The notes under the pieces were generated by a model. It saw only the letters and a list, made by a program, of their open reading frames with translations. It made no database searches and was not told the DNA's origin. Both the position numbers and the translations under genes were made by a program. A DNA stretch of 58,131 bases, from positions 583,072 through 641,202 of the forward strand of contig BFEA01000028.1 of the NCBI GenBank assembly GCA_003427395.1, written 5' to 3'. Origin of the DNA: Chara braunii (taxonomy: Eukaryota > Plantae > Charophyceae). Below are positions 49,311 through 58,131 of this stretch, piece after piece (within the stretch, counting starts at the first letter, position 1; each line of letters begins with the position of its first letter).

Positions 49311-52300
49311 TTTTTTTTTTTTTTTTTTTTTTTTTTAAATGGGAACAAGGCTCCAATCTATTCGTGGGGAGAAACACATGCTGGGAACCGGGCCCAGCGT
49401 CCCATATGGAAATTTACATAGAGTCTGGAAAATTTGAGATACCAGGGCCATTACCCGGCTTTGGCTAAGAAAAACTTGAGGTACTTAGAAAATTACTATG
49501 ACGAAGGTCAGAAATAGGCAAAATTCCAAAAATGACTAAGAAGCCCCCCATCAATCCTCTTTACCTCACTCCGGCAAGGCTTACTGCAGCAGAGCCACCA
49601 TCTCCGCTGCTGATGTACCCTATTTCCATCCTACAAGCTAGCCCCCTCACTAGTAGGACGCTTGATAACCCACCATCTTTTTTTTTTTTTTTTTTTTTTT
49701 GATGAAACATGCCCCTAGCGGTGTTAGTGATGCTGATAAGAGCAGACATCACTAACACCTGGGGGGAGGCTCCGTCTATTGGTGGGGAGCAGCACCTGCT
49801 GGAAAACAGGTTCAGCGTCCCATGTACAGACTGGGCTTGACGATCATCAGGAGAAACACAATTGAGGATGATTCCTGCCAGCATTGACTGCCCTGGAGAC
49901 CAGGGGATTGACTGAGCACGGTGTCGGGGAACCGTACGCGGCGCCAGATGTCTGCTGCAATACACTAGCTCCCCTAACCCCACCTGCTCCCATTATCCAA
50001 GATGGGTCTCTCACTGTCCTTAAACTCGGTTATCTTCCATACCACCGCATGTCTACCAGACAGTTTGAGGGGGGGGGTGGGGGGGGATCAGGGAATTCAT
50101 CCGGGAGTTTTAGGGGGATAGCCGCATCAACTTTGGTCCATTCATAAAATATCAGTCTGTAGTCTCTTACTATCTCCGTTCTCCCCTGGTCCCCCCCTAA
50201 TTCCTGGTCCACCCCTAATTCTGAATGTTCCCCTTTCCATTCTACCTTCCCCATCCTCCCCCCATCAGGTCCCCCGAGCCAACTCAAGCTGAATTCCTTA
50301 ATTTTTAGTTGGATGTTTTTTTGCCTGTCCAGGAGTCTGATCCGTGTTTTGAACCCCTCCCATTGCGCAATTATTTATGTTTGAATCTGTTGTTGTATAC
50401 TGTCCGTGAACTCGGGCCCTTCTAATCTGGCTCCCTCCAATTCAAATGTGCAGCGTCGCCTCCAAAGCGCCCAAAGTACCGCCCTTCGTCCCATTTTGAA
50501 CATGTTGTTAGTGAATTCATCGAGTTGGTCAGCGTGGGCTTTGGGCCAGATTTCAAACAATATCGCCTCCCAATCCTAGGGCCACGGGGCTGTTGTTTCT
50601 AGCTGCTCCCAAATTCTGACCCACCACCTCCACAGCCAGAGTGCACACGGGCATTGCAAAAAGATGTGTTCAATTGTCTTCGGTCGTTTTTTAGATGGGA
50701 ACGAGTTAATGCACAACTTGCACCAAGGAAGAGCGCGTCCCCTTTGTTCCAAGGATGTTCTATCTTTCAGCCAGTTATTGGTCGGTAGGCAGCGGTGTTC
50801 AAGCTGTCACTGGAGCGAGGCGATTTTGGCCGGTCTCACTTTGGCCATATTGAACCACTTAATCGGTCTTAGTTCTTCCTTGCTGACGTTTAGGTGGTTC
50901 CTCCAACGTTCCTCCACTTGATCTCGAAGGTTTATTGTCGGTCTTAGGAGCCTGTAAGTCGACTTGACTGTTTGACCGTATAATGTCTTAGTGCATTTCC
51001 TTCCTTTCCCCATACGGTTTGTCTATGTCCATTCCAGCGGGTCCAAGGCCAGATAATGGATCGGGGAGCAAGGTTGGACGACTACGTATTGTTCATTTTC
51101 CTCGAGTACTTTGATCCTGAACAACCCTTCTTTTTGACATTCGATGGTTTCTTCCGGTTCGCTCTTTTGGATTATGTTGTCCCGTCCTACTTGGAAAATG
51201 TTTACTTCCACTGTACCTTCCGGGGAGCAGCAGGTCACCCTGCCTACTTCTCCTTGTCGCCCCCTCACCGCCACCCAGTCTGACTTTTGTAGGGTAGGGC
51301 CTTTGTGAAGGATTCTCCACCATTCTAGGGGGATCCTTTCCACTATCGCCTCCAAGGTTCCTGTGGCCGGTGGCAGTACCTCAGTCTCTCCCGTAGCTGG
51401 TTGGGACCTATCCAGTCCTTTTTCTCCGTATCCCATATGTCCTTCACCCTCGTTATCCCTCGCTTGATCCATCCTTGCCAGGGAGAGTCCATGCAATGGA
51501 GTGTTTGTCCTCTTGAGTCTGCCACCCATCTGTTGCCGAAAAGGGGTTGCCTCACTACTTCCTCTCATCTATCCGGTGAGGTTTTATCCGGTAGAGGGAG
51601 GCTTCTTCATGTTTTGAGGAGAGAGGGCCAGAACGGGTCGTTGCGCAAGTCAATCCTTGCTGCTTGTCTAGGGGTGTGGTGATCGGGGTCCCGTTGCACC
51701 GATCTTGTTCTTGGCATGGGCCAATCCCTGTTTTCCAACCACATCCGTGGGTCACTCCCTTCCAGTGTTTGGGTGCCAATCGGGATATCTATTCTAGGGC
51801 TAGCCCTTTCCAGGGGATATCCGGGTTGAAGATCAGATGTTTGATCCATTGTATTGCCAGTGCCTTCGTCTGTACCGGTGGGTCAATAATGCCTAGACCC
51901 CCTGTTGTTTTTGGTTGGATTATTGAGTGTCATGCCACTCGATTAATCACGTTTAGTTTCTCGTGGTCACTCCTCCATAGGAAGGTTGTGATCTGACGCT
52001 TTAGTGGTCGTAGGGCATGCTTGTCCAAGGCCCAGATTGCTGACTTGTACCATAGCGAGGCCAACACCACGTTCTTGATGATAAGAGAGCGTCCAAACAC
52101 TGAAGTGTGTTTGTTTTTCCAGAGCGCCATTTTTGCTAGGGTGGATCTGTGAGTCATTCGTTGTTGCTAGCTGGCCTACCTTCCACCATCATTGAAATAC
52201 CCAGCACTCTGATGGGTGCTTCCTCCGGGAGCCATTTAAGTTTAGGTCGCTCTGGAAGTCTCACTGCCTGATGGTGGATCCACCATCCTTGGGTTTTGTT

Positions 52301-54770
52301 TCCCCAATTTACTCTCATGTCTGACAGTTTGCAGAATCGGTCCATCATGTGTTGGACCTCCTCCATTGATTCCTTGGAGGCATCCACCATAAGAGTCAAG
52401 TCGTCTGCAAACAAGGAGAGCAGATCGGGATTGCATCCTTGGGTATTGCAGTCACTTGGATTCTTCTGATGTCCTTGTGGGTTCTCAGGTTAGTAGCTAG
52501 TGCTTCCATAACTATTACAAAAAGATAAGGGGCTATGGGGTCCCCTTGTCTGACTGATCTTTGAAGGTTGATGGGGGGGGGCAAGTTGTCATTCACCATA
52601 ACCCTAGTTGTTGCACTAGAATGAAGAATCCTTATCCAACGCCTAAAGTCTGGGCCAAAGTTGAGTTTTTCCGAACACTTATTTAGAAAAGACCAGTCCA
52701 CGTGATCGTATGCTTTTTCAAAATTAATAAAGATAATTGCTGCATTATTTTTTGATTGTCTGGATAGTTTAATCAGCTCGTTTACTAGAAGGATGTTATC
52801 TTGGATATTCCTGCCTTGTATGAAACCCGTCTGGTCAGGGTGGATGATGTCCGACATTGTTGGTGCCATGCGATTGGCCAGTGTTCTTGCCATCATCTTG
52901 TAGACCACTGTGAGCAGGGTGATAGGTCTGTAATTTTTTATATTAATTATTTCCCCTTTTTTGTAGAGGAGTGTCAACACTCCTTGCCCAACCAACTCCC
53001 CAGTTTGTCTTGTGACCCAAGCCTCATGGTAATATTCCATGAGATCTTGTGATATGGTTGGCCACATTGACACCCAGAATTGATAACCCACCATCTACTT
53101 CTCCCACTGACCTCTTTTTTTTAGAAACAAAGACATATGCACAATTCAAAAAAAGACTCGGACACCCCCTATCAATCCTTGTACCCCACTCCGGCAAGAC
53201 TTACTGCAGCAGAGCCACCATCTCCGTTGCTGCTATACCCTATTCCCATCCTACCAGATAGCCCCCTCGCTAGTAGGGCGCGTGGATACCCACCATCTCC
53301 TTCTCCCACTCACCTCGATTTCCCCTGTACTCCACTCCGGCAAAACTTACTACAGCAGAGCCACCATCTCCGCTGCTGTTGTGCCCTATTCCCATCCTAA
53401 ACAAGCTTGAGAATTTGAGCTAAGAACAATCTGAGAACCACGACAAGAGTTCAGGAGAAATTTAAGAAAACCTTGGATAACTACTGGTTTCGACTAAGAA
53501 CAATCTAAGAATTTCAAGTCAGAACAATCTGAGAACTACGAAAGAAATTCAGAAGAATTTTTAAGAAACCCATGGATAACTGCTGACCTACAGACCTAAT
53601 GCTAGGTTCCTCAAGCCGCAGTAACTAAGTTTTTTTGTTTTTTTTAAATATCTGAAAAGACATAGAAAACTATATGAGCAAGGGGTCAAAACTGAAACAG
53701 CCTACTATCCAAAATTCTCCCCTCAACAGACGGAAAGTCTGTCCAGGCTTTCAGTCCTCGTACTAGAACTCACTTGATCTCACACCCCCTTCATGCTAGG
53801 GTAACAGGGCACCGCAACCTTCCCCAGTTCTGACCAACCTAGTTCTGACGGACAGGAAGTGCCTTCCTCCCTCGACACTACCCTTAACGGCAAGCCCCTG
53901 AACAGGTTACATAGTTAATACCCCGGCGTCCGCTTCATCGGACGATCTGGTTATACCTTCCTCCCTCAGCATACTCCACAAGCCTCAAGCTCCCCCCAGG
54001 TCACAGAGCCAAAGCTCCAGCACCGGCCTGTGTCGTCCCAACTTCGTTCTTCTGACCTACTTGCCTAACAACCATTCCTCCACTGAGACCTCCTAACTAA
54101 ATTACATCCTCCGGTTCTAACCCCCCCTCTGCCCTCCTTCAGATAAATTTGACTCAGACAAAGGCAGAGAAAACCCCTTTTACCTCCACGAAACGAGAGG
54201 AAGGAAGGGAAAAATAACCCCTCATCCTCTAGCGGTTCCGGTATCTATTCCAAGCTCAACCAATCATGAAGAACTCACACAAAAATTTCGGAGATTACTC
54301 CTCCCTAAAAAACGTCCCTCTGTCCATACACTGCCTCCGCCGGAAGGTGCCCCCTCACCACACCGGCCCCAGTTTAGAACAGCCCCCTAAACGGCTATTC
54401 CCGCTCCCTCAGCAACACACAATTCCCCATAGAGTATGCCCCCACAGAGCTGGAATTCCCCCTTTCCTCCTGTCCCACCCCCTCCCAGTGAAACAACCCT
54501 CTCTACCTCCCATCTTGCTGAACTCAGCACCCCTTTTCCACTCTCCCCAACCGCCATATTGATCCGACCCAAAGATCAACACGGCTCAGAAAAGGACAAT
54601 CCCACAATACCGCCCCTACCCTCTCAAGGGCAACACCTCCCACCTTGTGTAGCCCTCGCAGGGAGGAACTCCAACCCTGAGGAAATAACCCCGATCAATA
54701 CTTGTGATCCCAAGCGCTACAAAGCTCGTGTTGAGCCTCAAGATTTCCATGCCCCCCAAAACAGACTAAA
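49311..54770 (-). mobile_element. Host LINE (ORF2 C-terminus 54250-54770 and long repetitive 3' UTR) interrupted by a younger LINE
   Basis: Poly(T) 49311-49336, 3' motif 49350-49403; the repeat unit at 49565-49678 continues at 53080-53400; 5' boundary approximate. Confidence 0.65.
49679..53079 (-). mobile_element. 5'-truncated L1/Tx1-like LINE with RT domain and 17-bp TSD
   Basis: RT motifs LLYKKG..KNYRPITLL..YK, DQTGFI.GR.I.DN, NFEKAYD, VRQGDP.AP.LF, LFADD; CCHC knuckle; perfect TSD TTGATAACCCACCATCT at 49662-49678 and 53080-53096; frameshifted. Confidence 0.95.
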
Positions 54771-55683
54771 CTAGAGAGTCCAAAGGTGTCAATACATCAC
54801 AGGTTGAGACCCCTTTGCTGAGACTATTACTAAGTAAAAACTAAATAGCATCGAAATCAAAAAATCCATCAATACAAATAAGATGGAAGTAGAGAAATCG
54901 CTAAGACTTAAAACAATAAATTCATCGAGATACAAAAAAGATTGGGAAAAGGAAAATCGCTTAGACCGAATATACGATTGGATGACTTTGAAAATCCAAA
55001 GGAAACACAATAGAAAAACGATTCTGATGTCAAACCGGACTTTCGACTCTGATTTCCAGAACCCAGGGTTCAGGAAATCGCTCAGACTGTAAATCAAGAA
55101 AATGCTAATCAGAAAAAATTATCGTATGAACATTTAGGATTACAACATAGAAAAGTTAAACTGGTAGCACAAATATTGAATCGCCATCATTGGTTGAACG
55201 TTAAGGATAACGACATAAAAGGGTCAAATAGGTAATGCGAAATCGAACAAACCATCGTAGAACAATCAAATCAGAAATTCAGAATTAAGCAACCCAAATA
55301 CATCAGGATTAATTAAAATTGTTGGTTATACTAAACTTCACGTATAGAAGGGCTAACAAATATTATTCAAACAAAACTAGCTGAGAATCACGTCATTAAG
55401 AATCTCATCAAGGTCATCACCAAATAACCACAACAAAACATGAAGAGGAAAAACACAAACCCTCGACATCCCTAAAAGCAACCCCCCTCTCTCCAAACCT
55501 CACCTCCTCCTTCATCGGCTCTCAAGCAACTCGGTCGCATGTGGTTGACAACCAATCAACCATCCCAAAGAACCGAACGATGAAGATAGTATGGACCGCA
55601 GCCAATATTACTCCAAACCACGTCGCGAGACTAGGTGAAGTTCAGATTTGCGAGTGGGGTTGGACAAGAGGCGGCTCAACTTG

Positions 55684-56300
55684 TTTTTTTTTTTTTTTTA
55701 AAGAACATCAATGACGGGGTGTAGGGGAGGTGCTGATAAGAGCAGACACCCCCTCTACTATTCCAACTCATTGGATGGCTCTGTTCCATTCGTGGTGAGC
55801 ACTGAGCTGCGCGTGCTGGAAAACGGGCCCAGCGTCCCTTTACATCATAACAAGGAGTCAGGTGATGTGTTATACATGTCATTAAGTGAAGTTATATATG
55901 ATGAGCAGCATTGATTGCCCTCTTCGCAAGGGGATTGACTGCCCATCTATCTCATAGGTGAACTAATACCAATCTTCAATTGCTATCAAATGTATCATCT
56001 ACGTCGAGTGCACCAACATACTAAAATCCCACCCTGTCCTTGTCATGTGGCAGAATCCCAACCATTACACCCCTGTCTTGTGCAAGTGAAGCTTCCCCGA
56101 GACCCTCCCAGCCAGGGAAACTGCCGCCCTGCCCCTACCGGAAGTTACCCTACAAGCAATTGTTCCCCAGTCCATACCCCCAAATCGTGAGAGCAAATTA
56201 TATGCAAACACATTCTGACTACATCAGCGGCTTGAACTCTCCTTGAGAGATCATTATTATGCGCATTTCAGGTAATCAGTGTGCCCAGAGAGAAAAGCCA
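55684..56300 (-). mobile_element. LINE 3' UTR fragment
   Basis: Poly(T), 3' motif 55709-55838, upstream hairpin 55900-55947; 5' boundary approximate. Confidence 0.75.
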
Positions 56301-56559
56301 AGAGCCCCAATGGCTAAACTACCACTATCATACTGTTGTGACCATGCAAAGGAACTTTTCATGTGCTTCACTCCCGTACCCCAATAGAGAGCAAATCAAC
56401 AAACCGACGCTCTTCCTACGCGAGCTAAATATGTGCACCAGCCCTCCAAAACCTCCACCCATTATTTCGCAATCATATTGTAATACTAGCATCAGTGGTA
56501 AAGGACAACATCGGCTCAGCTTTGTTAGTGGCTCGTTTAAGAAGGAGAGATCATGAATG

Positions 56560-57085
56560 ACTCTCTGTGGCTGTCATGGTTGTGGCAGGCCAGATGGCAG
56601 AGGATGCATTTGACATGTTGGACATGATTTTGGGATTCAAATCTAGCAGTTCACTTTTGCAAATCCCGTCTGCAAATCAGTGCCTTCTTCAGCCGATTGA
56701 TGGTGATGATGACGATGGTCATGGTGGGCACGGTCTGATTTGGCTATGGCCAACCATTGTGGACATCACCAATCTACTTGCTCGGTATTCGCCGAGGTGG
56801 TGGGTGATGCGGCGCGCAGCGTGCTTGTGGAAGGATCTCATCCCCAGGGACGATGCCGAGAACGATCATACATCGGCCTCATCAGGATGAGGCGGTCATC
56901 CTTCAACCGTTTGTTGCAAAAGCTGGGGCCACGTTTGGCGAAGGAGGTTACCACTTTCAGGGTCCCATTGCCTCCAGCTAAAAGATCAGCATATGTTATC
57001 CACAAGTGACTCGCACTGGCACAGTTGCTCGGGGTATGGTATGTGAAAGACAAGCAGTCTGCATGTAGTAAGAGAAGTTGCTGAG
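56560..57085 (+). pseudogene. PIF/Harbinger transposase N-terminal fragment
   Basis: PRWWV..R...W..L...IRMRRSSFNRLLQKLGPRLAKEVTTFRVPLPPAKR is the typical HARBI1-type N-terminus; frameshifted and cut by a SINE. Confidence 0.75.
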
Positions 57086-57522
57086 TCTAGTTGATGTAGC
57101 TCAGTGGTTAGAGCACCGGTTGGAAATGTGCACTGTGGTATGAGGTTACGGGTTCAAATCCGGAGCCTTGCACATGGACACCGGCAGGGCGTTAGAATGA
57201 CGCACGGCTTCGTGCGTCATTCTAACGCAACCTCATACCACAGTGCACATTTCCAACCGGTGCTCTAACCACTGAGCTACATCAACTGGACTCAGCAACT
57301 TCTCTTACTGCATGCAGACTGCTTGTCTTTCACATACCATACCCCGAGCAATTGTGCCAGTGCGAGTCACCTGTGGATAGCACATGCTGATTTTTTAGCT
57401 GGAGGAAATGGGACCCTGAAAGTGGTAACCTCCTTCTCCAAACGTGGCCCCAGCTTTTGCAACAAACGGTTGAAGGATGACCACCTCATCCTGATGAGGC
57501 CGATGTATGATCGTTCTCGGCA
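56854..57522. repeat. Long inverted repeat (~297-bp arms, ~75-bp spacer)
   Basis: 56854-57150 is reverse-complementary to 57226-57522 with scattered substitutions. Confidence 0.95.
57087..57209 (+). mobile_element. tRNA-derived SINE head inserted in the Harbinger fragment
   Basis: A box TAGCTCAGTGG, B box GGTTCAAATCC. Confidence 0.75.
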
Positions 57523-57546
57523 GGGCGTTAGAATGACGCACGGCTG

Positions 57547-58131
57547 CTCGGTATGGCTTTGGAGGTGGTGGGATCGAATCTGGTCACGTTTAGTCCCACA
57601 GGTTCCTTGGCCATGGAAATGGAAAGCTATTCTTCTTGAGACCTGGAGCCCGGACCCGGAATTAGTGGGAAATGATGGGGAATTTGTGGAAAATCTATTT
57701 AGCATGGGGAGAAGAGCGGTGTTGTGGGCTATATGGATGAAGAGATGCACGTATGAATGGGAAGGGGCTAGACTAGATGGTCCTGAATTCACAGACAATA
57801 TTAAACAAAAAATTCAAACAGACATATTAATAAGCAAATGGGATCGAACAAAGGAAAGAGTTCAATTCCTCTCAAACAAAACAGAAATTCAAAGTCATTT
57901 TCGTAAATTCGGTCATAATTGGCTGGGCGGAAACCAGGGTGGGAGAATTGGTTGTGTCGTTTGGAATGGGACTGGGAACGAGGATGATACTGGATTGAAA
58001 AGAGACTAAAAATTGATTTTCGATGACTGGACTACTATAGACGCGTCAGTTCCCATGCGTTTGTTATCAGATTTCCCGGATCCTTTTCCTCCCCCAGCAA
58101 CAGCCCTTGTTCCCAGCTCATGGTATGGATT
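57547..58131 (+). mobile_element. LINE ORF2 C-terminal fragment
   Basis: WLWRWWDRIW..PWPW.WKAILLE.W, MGRRAVLWAIW..RCT.E.EGARLD.PEFT, homologous to 14100-14450 and 50375-50650. Confidence 0.88.

Noticed and set aside
54790-55440. AT-rich block as a second organellar insertion
   Set aside because: No recognisable organellar protein or RNA motif; more likely LTR-derived sequence.
57087-57170. Functional tRNA genes (also 48925-49002 and 18325-18397)
   Set aside because: Acceptor and anticodon stems do not pair; multi-copy with SINE-like bodies.

Overview
Gapped draft scaffold from a repeat-saturated eukaryotic genome. Plant-type U2/U6 snRNA sequences, a plastid ndhA fragment and the transposon spectrum point to a streptophyte alga, most likely Chara (inference). 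The window is almost all nested mobile DNA: a decayed Ty3/Gypsy element, at least nine 5'-truncated L1/Tx1-like LINE copies, a Naiad/Chlamys-type Penelope-like element, tRNA-headed SINEs, many MITEs (hAT, Mutator, Harbinger, pogo-like, TTAA-specific), and U2 and U6 retrocopies. Only one convincing host CDS is present (31429-32034, LEA/dehydrin-like). The most notable signals are: (1) a covarying 3'-terminal RNA architecture (two consecutive H-type pseudoknots plus a long stem with a conserved loop) shared by nine divergent LINE 3' ends; (2) poly(A)-tailed insertions with TSDs inside U2 and U6 sequences and abutting tRNA-like heads, suggesting small-RNA-gene targeting; (3) an SH3/BAH/Tudor-like insert in LINE ORF2; (4) a Pack-MULE carrying plastid ndhA; (5) a decayed cysteine-protease/double-RING ORF. 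All calls are by eye; no searches were run.
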